A DNA stretch of 64,000 bases, taken from NCBI GenBank assembly GCA_004173235.1, contig SEAC01000020.1:84678-148677 (forward strand). Reading direction: 5' to 3'. Positions 27,794 through 35,854 of this stretch are shown here, in pieces. The notes beneath the pieces are model-generated. The model was not told the DNA's origin, did no database searches, and saw nothing but the letters and a program-made list of their open reading frames with translations. The position numbers and the translations under genes are program-made. This stretch comes from Chitinophagaceae bacterium (GTDB lineage Bacteria; Bacteroidota; Bacteroidia; Chitinophagales; Chitinophagaceae). Positions within the stretch are counted from its first letter, which is position 1. Each line of letters begins with the position of its first letter.

Positions 27794-27943
27794 TTTTTTT
27801 TGCCACCGCAGGTGGCAACCGGCAACGAAGTTGCCCTGCCCCCCACCGCAGGTAGCAACCCTCCGCCGTTGCATTCCTCGCCTGCTGCGTCGGAGTACAT
27901 GTGAGCCGCATGGGATGCGTCGATTGATCCCACAACTGCAAAG

Positions 27944-27974
27944 TTGAGACGCACATGGTGCGGCTCTACCTTTG
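27944..27974 (+). promoter_or_regulatory. Candidate mnmE promoter (-33 TTG, 20-nt spacer, -7 TACCTTTG)
   Basis: TTG 27944-27946, TACCTTTG 27967-27974, ATG at 27979. Confidence 0.6.
27946..27969 (-). repeat. GTAG-type REP, inverted relative to 27770
   Basis: GAGACGCACATGGTGCGGCTCTAC is the reverse complement of the unit with one mismatch. Confidence 0.88.
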
Positions 27975-27978
27975 CGTC

Positions 27979-29251
27979 ATGTTGAACAAATTGTCCGGTT
28001 GGTCCGACACCATTGTTGCCCTTGCCACGCCTCCCGGGGTCGGCGCTATTGGGGTCATCCGGCTGAGTGGCAAAGAGGCGTTGGCGATTGCCAACCGGCT
28101 CTTTCCTTCCAAGGATCTCGAGGCGCAACGCACGCATTCGATGCACGTGGGCATGCTGCGGCACTTGGTCGAGGACCTCGACGAAGTGGTGGTTTCGCTT
28201 TTCAAAGGACCGCGTTCCTATACCGGCGAGCACGTGGTGGAATTTTCCTGCCACGGATCTCCGTACGTGCAGGCCCGCGTTATCGATGCCTGTATTGCCG
28301 AAGGGGCAAGGCTGGCGAAGCCCGGGGAGTTCACGCAGCGGGCTTTCCTTAATGGCAAGCTCGACCTGGCTCAAGCCGAATCGGTGGCCGACCTGATCGC
28401 CGCCAACACAGCGGCTTCCGCACGAACCGCGCTGCAGAATATCCGCGGCGGATTCTCGAAAGCGCTGGGTGTTCTCCGCGAGCAGCTGCTCACGTTTTCG
28501 GCGCTCATTGAACTGGAGCTCGACTTTTCGCAGGAAGACGTAGAGTTTGCCGACCGCTCAAGGCTGCGCGCACTGCTCCACGAGGCGCGTGCGCTCACGG
28601 GGCAACTGCTGCAGTCGTTTCGTCTCGGCAACGTATTGCGCAACGGTGTTTCGGTGGCCATCATCGGTCGCCCGAATGCGGGCAAGAGCACGCTGCTCAA
28701 TGCGTTGCTCAACGAAGAGCGTGCGCTGGTGAGTGAGATCGCGGGCACCACGCGCGACAGCATCGAAGAAACCCTCCGATCTCGTGCTGTTCCTGTTTGA
28801 TGCTTTCAACACATCCTCCGTAGAACTACGGGAGCTGGAAAGCGAGCTGCCGCACGAAGGCAAGCCCTGGATATCGGTGGCCAACAAGGTGGATGCCGGC
28901 ACGCCATCGGAGCTGCAGGCACGCTGGCAGGACCGCACCGACCTGCTTTATTTGTCTGCGAAGGCCGGTGATGGGATCGATGTTTTAAAGAAGGCCATGG
29001 TGGAAAAGGTGCTCGAAGGCGCGACGCAGAGCGAGAACGTGATCGTTACCAATGCCCGTCACTACGCGGCGCTCCAGGAAGTGCAGCAATCGGTGCAGGA
29101 AGTGCTGGACGGCCTCGACACCGGCCTTCCCGGCGACCTGCTTGCGCTCGACATCCGGCGCTGCATGCATTTTCTCGGCGAGATCACCGGCGAGATCACG
29201 AACGAGGATCAGCTGGATTACATTTTCAGTAAGTTTTGTATCGGGAAGTGA
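27979..29251 (+). pseudogene. mnmE: tRNA modification GTPase MnmE (TrmE), split by an internal deletion with frameshift near 28775 (or an assembly error)
   Basis: Part 1: [40 protein letters not shown] then out-of-family RSRAVPV*. Part 2, in another frame: [29 protein letters not shown]. The G3 DTAG segment is absent. Confidence 0.85.
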
Positions 29252-29327
29252 CCTGCCGCCCCACGCTCGTCTGCGGGCAACTATTTTTTTGCAGACGGCA
29301 ACGAAATAAATGAAAATTGATTGCTAT

Positions 29328-29343
29328 ATCGTAATATTGCAAT
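29328..29343. promoter_or_regulatory. Candidate ArsR operator upstream of arsR
   Basis: Imperfect palindrome ATCGTAATATTGCAAT, repeated at 29704. Confidence 0.6.
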
Positions 29344-29355
29344 CAAATATCGCAT

Positions 29356-29685
29356 ATGGGAATCACCAAATCGGAAATGTACACGGCGAAGCAGAACGCT
29401 CTGGCAACGATGCTTAAGGCGGTGGCGCATCCTGCCCGCATCGCCATCCTTCAACACCTCATCAAGGCCAACGCCTGCATTTGCGGCGATCTGGTAGGAG
29501 AGCTGGGTCTGGCGCAGGCAACGATCTCCCAACACCTGCGGGAATTGAAAAGTGTAGGGCTGATTCAGGGCACTGTTGAGGGCACGAGCGTATGCTACTG
29601 CATCGATCCGAAGGTGTGGGGCCGGTTTCAAAAAGAGCTGGACGCGCTCTTTGGATCGTATAAGGGCGGCACCGCCTGCTGCTGA
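29356..29685 (+). CDS. arsR: ArsR/SmtB family transcriptional repressor
   Basis: KAVAHPARIAIL, CICGDLV, LAQATISQHL, C-terminal ACC; first gene of the ars cluster. Confidence 0.92.
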   Translation: MGITKSEMYTAKQNALATMLKAVAHPARIAILQHLIKANACICGDLVGELGLAQATISQHLRELKSVGLIQGTVEGTSVCYCIDPKVWGRFQKELDALFGSYKGGTACC

Positions 29686-29703
29686 TTTTTTTTGCTCCCA
29701 ATA

Positions 29704-29719
29704 ATCGCAATATTACAAT
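29704..29719. promoter_or_regulatory. Candidate ArsR operator upstream of arsM
   Basis: ATCGCAATATTACAAT, 14/16 identical to the 29328 site. Confidence 0.55.
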
Positions 29720-29737
29720 AAACAAAAAACGACAGTT

Positions 29738-30571
29738 ATGCAAACAGAACAACAACTGAAAGATCTGGTGCGGGAAAAGTATGCCCGGATTGCCGGCCAG
29801 GACAAAAACACCAATGCTGCCTCCTGCTGCGGCGCAGGTGGGTGCTCTACGGAGGTTTACAACATAATGTCCGACGACTATACCCGGCTCGAAGGCTACA
29901 ACGCAGATGCTGACCTGGGCCTCGGCTGCGGACTCCCCACCCAGTTTGCGATGATCGAGCCGGGCCAGACCGTGATCGACCTCGGATCGGGCGCCGGCAA
30001 CGACGCCTTCATCGCCCGCCATGAGGTGGGTGAAAGCGGCAAGGTAATCGGCATCGACTTCACTCCCCAGATGATCGAAAAAGCCCGTCACAATGCCGAA
30101 GTGCGCGGGTTCAACAACGTGGAGTTTCGCCAGGGCGATATCGAGAAGATGCCGGTGTCGAACAACACTGCCGATGTGATCGTAAGCAACTGCGTCCTGA
30201 ACCTGGTGCCGAACAAAGACGGTGTGTTTAAAGAGATCTTCCGTGTGCTGAAGCCTGGTGGCCACTTCTCGATCTCCGACATCGTGCTGGTAGGAAATCT
30301 GCCTGCCAACCTTCGGAATGCCGCGGAAATGTATGCAGGGTGCGTAAGTGGTGCGATCCAACGGGATGTGTACCTGGAGCTGATCAAAGTAAACGGGTTC
30401 ACCAGCATCCTGGTTCAAAAAGAAAAGCCCATCATCATCCCCGACGACATCCTGCGCAACTATCTATCGGATTCCGAGCTGGACTCCTTCAAGCGCTCAG
30501 ACGTCGGCATCTTCAGCATTACTGTTTACGCACAGAAACCTTGCTGCGACCCTGCCGGTGGCTGCTGCTGA
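29738..30571 (+). CDS. arsM: Arsenite S-adenosylmethionine methyltransferase
   Basis: [42 protein letters not shown]. Confidence 0.93.
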   Translation: MQTEQQLKDLVREKYARIAGQDKNTNAASCCGAGGCSTEVYNIMSDDYTRLEGYNADADLGLGCGLPTQFAMIEPGQTVIDLGSGAGNDAFIARHEVGESGKVIGIDFTPQMIEKARHNAEVRGFNNVEFRQGDIEKMPVSNNTADVIVSNCVLNLVPNKDGVFKEIFRVLKPGGHFSISDIVLVGNLPANLRNAAEMYAGCVSGAIQRDVYLELIKVNGFTSILVQKEKPIIIPDDILRNYLSDSELDSFKRSDVGIFSITVYAQKPCCDPAGGCC

Positions 30572-30603
30572 ATCGTTTGGTTTTAACTACAATTCACCTG
30601 CTC

Positions 30604-31698
30604 ATGTCGGCAAACAACTGTGCCCCTTCTGCTGAACGAAAGCGGTTGGGGTTCCTGGATCGCTACCTGACGTTATGGATCTTCGGGGCCATGGCCATCG
30701 GCGTCGCTATTGGTTACTTTTTCCCGTCGTCTTCAGGGTTCATCAACTCCTTTTCCAGCGGTACTACCAACATCCCGCTGGCTGTGGGCCTCATCCTGAT
30801 GATGTATCCGCCGTTTGCAAAGGTTCGCTACGAGCAGCTGGGCCAGGTGTTCCGCAACACGAAGGTGCTCGGAGCCTCCCTGTTCCTCAACTGGATCGTC
30901 GGACCCGTCCTCATGTTCGTGCTGGCCATCGTCTTCCTGCACGACTATCCTGAGTACATGGTGGGCCTCATACTCATCGGCCTCGCCCGCTGCATCGCCA
31001 TGGTGATCGTGTGGAACGAGCTGGCCGGGGGAAGCCGTGAATACGCCGCGGGCCTTGTCGCCCTCAACAGCATTTTCCAGGTGCTCTTATACAGCGTATA
31101 CGCCTACGTTTTCGTGACCGTACTGCCGCCGCTCTTTGGCATCCGCGGCACGGAAGTCAACATAACGATCGGGGCCATTGCGAAAAGCGTTGCCATCTAC
31201 CTGGGACTGCCGTTCGTAGCGGGGCTGCTCACACGGTTAATCCTGAGACGGGCCAAAGGTGACGATTGGTACCACAACAAGTTCCTGCCCCTCATTTCTC
31301 CAGTCACACTCATCGCGCTGCTTTTCACCATCGTGGTGATGTTTAGCCTCAAAGGCGAGCTGATCGTGCGCATCCCGCTAGACGTGGTACGGATCGCCAT
31401 CCCACTGGTAATCTATTTCGCCATCATGTTCCTGGTGAGCTTCTTCATCGGTAAGAAGATGGGAGCCGACTACGCGCGCAACGCCTCCATTGCCTTCACG
31501 GCGGCTGGCAACAATTTCGAGCTGGCCATCGCAGTTGCTATCGGAGTGTTCGGAATAAATTCTGGCCAGGCATTCGCTGGCGTCATCGGGCCATTGGTGG
31601 AGGTGCCTGCGCTGATCGCCCTGGTGAACGTCGCCTTCTGGCTCCGAAAGAAGTATTACACAATCGATTCAGACGAAAGCGTTTCGTCGGAAGCGTAA
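30604..31698 (+). CDS. acr3: ACR3 family arsenite efflux transporter
   Basis: [46 protein letters not shown]; ATG 30604. Confidence 0.95.
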   Translation: MSANNCAPSAERKRLGFLDRYLTLWIFGAMAIGVAIGYFFPSSSGFINSFSSGTTNIPLAVGLILMMYPPFAKVRYEQLGQVFRNTKVLGASLFLNWIVGPVLMFVLAIVFLHDYPEYMVGLILIGLARCIAMVIVWNELAGGSREYAAGLVALNSIFQVLLYSVYAYVFVTVLPPLFGIRGTEVNITIGAIAKSVAIYLGLPFVAGLLTRLILRRAKGDDWYHNKFLPLISPVTLIALLFTIVVMFSLKGELIVRIPLDVVRIAIPLVIYFAIMFLVSFFIGKKMGADYARNASIAFTAAGNNFELAIAVAIGVFGINSGQAFAGVIGPLVEVPALIALVNVAFWLRKKYYTIDSDESVSSEA

Positions 31699-31708
31699 AT
31701 CAAACATC

Positions 31709-32485
31709 ATGAAAATTGCTCTGTTCAGCGATATCCACGCGAATCTTCCTGCACTGGAAGCCTGTTTGAAAAGCATCGAGGAACAAAAGACCGATGCGGT
31801 TTATTGCCTCGGCGACCTGGTAGGATACAACATCTGGCCCAACGAAGTAGTGAACGAGATCCGCCGCCGGGGCATCCCCACCATCGCGGGCAACTACGAC
31901 CAGGGCATCGGCCTCATGAGCGACGAGTGCGGCTGTGCCTACAAGACGGACAGCGAGAAGGATATGGGAAAGATCTCGATCTCCTACACGAACTCGATCG
32001 TGAAACCCGACGAGCGCCGCTACCTCCGCACGCTGCCTGCGCACATCCGTGTGGAATTCAAGCTGAACGAACACGAGCGACTGAACCTGGTGCTGGTACA
32101 TGGTTCCCCGCGGAAGATCAACGAGTACCTCTTCGAAGACCGGGACGAGAAGAGCCTGCTACGGATCATGGAAGGCGCGGATGCCGACATCATGTGCTTC
32201 GGCCACACCCACAAGCCTTACCACCGCATTCTGCCGGCGGGAAGAGACCAGGGCGATCACTTCCGCCACGCGATCAACACTGGGTCTGTAGGGAAGCCGA
32301 AAGACGGCGATCCCCGCGGATGTTACGTGTTGCTCACGATCAACGCCGACAGCTCCATCGGTGCGAAGGACTCCGTGCAGGCGGAGTTTGTTCGGGTTGA
32401 GTACGATGTGGAGAAGGCTGCAAGGGCCATTGAAGAAAGCCCTCTCCCCAACGAATATGCAGACATGCTACGAAAGGGGTACTGA
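31709..32485 (+). CDS. Calcineurin-like metallophosphoesterase
   Basis: SDIHAN, CLGDLVGY, AGNYD, HGSP, FGHTH motifs. Confidence 0.92.
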   Translation: MKIALFSDIHANLPALEACLKSIEEQKTDAVYCLGDLVGYNIWPNEVVNEIRRRGIPTIAGNYDQGIGLMSDECGCAYKTDSEKDMGKISISYTNSIVKPDERRYLRTLPAHIRVEFKLNEHERLNLVLVHGSPRKINEYLFEDRDEKSLLRIMEGADADIMCFGHTHKPYHRILPAGRDQGDHFRHAINTGSVGKPKDGDPRGCYVLLTINADSSIGAKDSVQAEFVRVEYDVEKAARAIEESPLPNEYADMLRKGY

Positions 32486-32681
32486 AACATGGGTGGTTAG
32501 CAGATAGAGGCAAAGCAACATCGTCGTTGATGAATCATTATGGCGGAAACCGCGGCAAAAGCGCAAAAACGCCATCAGTTTGTACGCATCTTGCACCTAC
32601 GATGTGTGAAACGCTTACCAGAAGCGGACTTTTACTTTCTGTATTGGGAAGTGAACTGTATTTCTACTGATGCTTGATTTG

Positions 32682-32984
32682 CTAGCGCAGGATCTTCAGC
32701 TTATTGATCATATCCGTAGTGAGGCTGTCCGCGTATACACCATAGGCATCCATCATGGTGCCTTTTATTCCTTCTTTAGATGAAATGGCATAGATGATGG
32801 CGCTGTCATCGGGATTGCTTGCGCCTTCAAAGCGAAAGAACTTGTCGATGATAAAGTCTTCGGGATGCAGAGTGATGTTGAGCGATTCGCATTCCACGCA
32901 ATCGGGCTTCAGGTTGAAATCATGTACGTAGCCCTCTTTTTTCAATGCGTTCAGCGTGTCGGTGACAGTTGTATAGCCATTCAT
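32682..32984 (-). CDS. Conserved ~100-aa Bacteroidota hypothetical protein (family often mislabelled phosphoribosylpyrophosphate synthetase)
   Basis: MNGYTTVTDTLNALKKEGYVHDF...FFRFEGASNPDDSAIIYAI...GTMMDAYG; ATG 32984. Confidence 0.8.
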   Translation of the reverse strand: MNGYTTVTDTLNALKKEGYVHDFNLKPDCVECESLNITLHPEDFIIDKFFRFEGASNPDDSAIIYAISSKEGIKGTMMDAYGVYADSLTTDMINKLKILR

Positions 32985-33081
32985 AATTTCAATTTTTTGC
33001 AGGTCAGGTTTTGGGAAGTTACCAAGACTTTTTGGAGAAAAATGGTTGTTGCCATGGCTCATCGCCTGAGTTGCCGCACTC

Positions 33082-33268
33082 TTGATGAAGCAAATGCTGC
33101 AGCACTTATTTTTTGGCACAGGATTGGAAAACGATAAAGTGCTAACCTATCAAACACCTTTTTTACATCAGTTGCGGATGGCGGCGGAACGGCACACCCT
33201 GGGAGGAAGTGCAGGAGCAACGATTCGAAGTGACCTCACTCGGGCGTCGCGCTGCACCGCTACCGTAG
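33082..33268 (+). pseudogene. Possible frameshifted paralog of the small protein at 55187..55444
   Basis: The frame ending at TAG 33266-33268 reads RNGTPWEEVQEQRFEVTSLG, matching NGAEWKALQELRHDVTEL; the upstream part lies in another frame. Confidence 0.35.
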
Positions 33269-33307
33269 AACTACGGGATTGGAGCCCGGCTCTGTTGCGC
33301 GCAGTAG

Positions 33308-33709
33308 CTAGGATCCACACATCTGGATAATGTGGCCGGCAATCCGGTTCATTTCTTTGTAGTCCATCGGCTTGCTGATGAATTCGGCACCCAGTGAATT
33401 GAAGTATTCCTTGTCGTGGGGGTTGAGACTGCTCGTGAAGATGATGACGGGAATATTCTTCAGCGATTCGTCGGCGCAGATGCGGCCAAAGACCTCGCGT
33501 CCCCCGATAAAGGGTAGGTTGAGGTCGAGCACGATGAGGCACGGACGGCGGTCACCGCCTTTTATCGATGCCAGGTATTCAACGGCCTGCAGTCCATTTT
33601 CAGCAACGGCAATGTCAATGCCGTTGGTTTGTGCACGCACTGCATCAATCAGCAACTCGCGATCTTCAAAATCATCTTCCACGAACAGTATGCGCTTCGG
33701 TTGATACAT
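33308..33709 (-). CDS. Stand-alone response regulator receiver
   Basis: ILFVEDD, IVLDLNLP, IIFTSS, ISKP; ATG 33709. Confidence 0.92.
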   Translation of the reverse strand: MYQPKRILFVEDDFEDRELLIDAVRAQTNGIDIAVAENGLQAVEYLASIKGGDRRPCLIVLDLNLPFIGGREVFGRICADESLKNIPVIIFTSSLNPHDKEYFNSLGAEFISKPMDYKEMNRIAGHIIQMCGS

Positions 33710-34913
33710 ATCCGGTGTTTTGTGCTCCTTCGGACGCTTGCGTCCGTGCGAGCGGAAAGAATAAGATAACGGCCGTACCAGCCCCGGGCGTGCTTTCCAG
33801 CCGGATGCTTCCACCGTGGTGGTCGAGGATCTTCCGGCACAACGCGAGGCCGATGCCGCGGCCGCTGTTGCTATGAAGCCTCCGGAACAATTCGAAGGCC
33901 TGGCCTGCATAGGCGGGATCAAAGCCTTGCCCGTCGTCTTCAATGCGCAGCCGGCCATACTCTTCGTAGGCATAGTGATCCTCGAGATTGCGAAACCGGT
34001 TTTGCTGCACGATATCGTAGCGCACACGCACCGTTGCCGACGATGGTTCTCTACGAAACTGTATCGCGTTGTGAAGCAGCTCGTAAAGCAACCAATGCAA
34101 TTGCTCGCGATCGGCCGGAAAGCTGCATTCCTCCGGCATGTGGAGTGCCAGGTGCACGGCAGGAAAATCTTTCTCCGAACGTGCAGCGATGGCCCGCAGC
34201 ATCGGAACGATGTCAACGGGTTCGATGCGCATAGGTGCATCGTTCAGCCATACGTATTGCTGAAGTCCTGCAATGATGTCGCGCAACTGGCCCGTTGCCC
34301 TGCAGATCTTCTCCACCAGCGGATGCTTTTCTGCCCGGGCTCCATCTTCCAGCATCATATTGGCAAATACCTGCAGCTTGCGCAGCGGCTCCTGCACATC
34401 ATGCGTTACTACCCTGTTGAATTGCCGCAGTTCGGAGTTCTGCCGCGACGTTTGCTCCATCTCCGCATCCAGTTGCTCGCTGTGCCTCCGCAACGCTTCC
34501 TTCGCTTCGAGCAGCGCAGAATTTTCGTTGAGTGCCGTCTCCGCAGCTTTGCGTGCTGCGATAAGTTCTTCTTCAAACTGCTTGCGCTGGCGCACCACGA
34601 TGCCGGCATAGTGGATCTCCAACACCTCTTCACGCCGTTCGGCGTTGATGAGCATCGGGAGGTCGTCGCCGGTGCGTGGACGCAGGTGCAGGAAGATCTC
34701 TTCGGCAAAGCCCTGCATCTTCAATAAAGGAAACAAGTGCGTTTGCTGAAAGATGCGCGTGGCGGGCGGCAGAAGGAGATCGGAGCGTTGACCGACCAGC
34801 TCGGCGGCGCTGTAACCCAGCCGCGCGGCAAGCGCTTCGTTGATGTCGAGCAGTATGCCATCGTCGGAGGTCACGAAATAAAGGCAGGGAGATTTTGCGA
34901 TCCGTGCATCCAT
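33672..34913 (-). CDS. PAS domain sensor histidine kinase
   Basis: N-terminal PAS, THDVQEPLRK H-box, NAIQF, DDGQGF, GIGLAL. Confidence 0.9.
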   Translation of the reverse strand: MDARIAKSPCLYFVTSDDGILLDINEALAARLGYSAAELVGQRSDLLLPPATRIFQQTHLFPLLKMQGFAEEIFLHLRPRTGDDLPMLINAERREEVLEIHYAGIVVRQRKQFEEELIAARKAAETALNENSALLEAKEALRRHSEQLDAEMEQTSRQNSELRQFNRVVTHDVQEPLRKLQVFANMMLEDGARAEKHPLVEKICRATGQLRDIIAGLQQYVWLNDAPMRIEPVDIVPMLRAIAARSEKDFPAVHLALHMPEECSFPADREQLHWLLYELLHNAIQFRREPSSATVRVRYDIVQQNRFRNLEDHYAYEEYGRLRIEDDGQGFDPAYAGQAFELFRRLHSNSGRGIGLALCRKILDHHGGSIRLESTPGAGTAVILFFPLARTQASEGAQNTGYVSTEAHTVRGR

Positions 34914-35722
34914 CAGGCTGCTGTTGAGAGGTATTCTTTCATTAACTGGATCGTTTCCTCGGGCTCGCTCATATGCGGACAGTGGCCGGTGGCGCGCATC
35001 ACGCGCAAGGTGCTCCTCGGCATCGTTGCTGCAAGGTATTCACCTACTTCGGAAGGAGCGATGATGTCTTCGGAGCATTGAAGGATCAGGGAAGGCACGC
35101 TGTTTTGCGCGAGGTCGCGGCGATTGTCGGAAAAGAATGTGGCTTCCGCAAAGCGCCGCGCGATCTTCGGATCGGTGGAGCAAAAACTTCGCGTCAACTC
35201 TTCACCTAGCTCCGGTCGGTCTTTGTGCCCCATGATGGCCGGCGCCAGGAAGTTGGCCCATCCGATGTAGTTCTGGTCCATCGTTTCGAGCAGGCCTTCA
35301 ATGTCCTTGCGTTCGAATCCGCCTTTATAGCCTGCATCGTTGATGTAGCAGGGTGAGGGTCCTACCATGATGAGCCGGCTGAAATAAGAAGGCTCCGCAT
35401 TTGCCGCGAGCAGTCCGATCATGGACGAAACCGAGTGGCCAACGAAGATGGTATCACGGAGGTTGAGCTCGGCGCAGATGTCGAGCACGTCCTGTGCATA
35501 CCCCCGGAGGGAGCTGTAGCGTTGTTCGTTGTAAGCCGATGCGTCTGAATGACCGGAACCAACGTAGTCGAAGAGGATGATCTGGTAATCGTTTTCGAAG
35601 GCGGGCGTGAGGTAGCGCCACATATTCTGGTCGCAGCCAAAGCCGTGTGCGAAAAGCATGGGCGTAGTGCCCTTGCCGAAAACGTGTACGTTATTGCGTT
35701 GAAGAACGTTGCTGGAATTCAT
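34913..35722 (-). CDS. rsbQ: RsbQ-family alpha/beta hydrolase (KAI2/D14-related)
   Basis: HGFGCDQNMW, GHSVS nucleophile, GHCPHMS; TGATG coupling to the kinase. Confidence 0.88.
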   Translation of the reverse strand: MNSSNVLQRNNVHVFGKGTTPMLFAHGFGCDQNMWRYLTPAFENDYQIILFDYVGSGHSDASAYNEQRYSSLRGYAQDVLDICAELNLRDTIFVGHSVSSMIGLLAANAEPSYFSRLIMVGPSPCYINDAGYKGGFERKDIEGLLETMDQNYIGWANFLAPAIMGHKDRPELGEELTRSFCSTDPKIARRFAEATFFSDNRRDLAQNSVPSLILQCSEDIIAPSEVGEYLAATMPRSTLRVMRATGHCPHMSEPEETIQLMKEYLSTAA

Positions 35723-35755
35723 TAGAAGTTGAGGTTAAGGGTAGCCGAAGCATTT

Positions 35756-35763
35756 CAAAGTTA
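35756..35763 (-). promoter_or_regulatory. -7 element (TAACTTTG) for the rsbQ operon
   Basis: Exact TAnnTTTG match upstream of rsbQ. Confidence 0.55.
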
Positions 35764-35854
35764 AACACCGGCCGTCAAAGTGCACATTAGTAAACGGCAA
35801 TGTGCGAAGACCTATTTTTGCGGTGCCCACCTCATCCCTTAACAAAGCTCACGA

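Noticed and set aside
28733-28800. Programmed ribosomal frameshift in mnmE
   Set aside because: A frameshift would not restore the missing DTAG-containing segment, and no slippery sequence is present at the junction.
32682-32984. Phosphoribosylpyrophosphate synthetase
   Set aside because: Only 100 aa with no PRPP synthetase motifs; the label is a propagated annotation for a family of unknown function.
28818-33278. 16-bp direct repeat CCGTAGAACTACGGGA (28818 and 33263) as attL/attR of an ars island
   Set aside because: One 16-mer match in 64 kb is about chance expectation, one copy is mid-gene rather than at the mnmE 3' end, and there is no integrase. Its core is palindromic (CCGTAG-AA-CTACGG), so a genome-wide count is still cheap to do.
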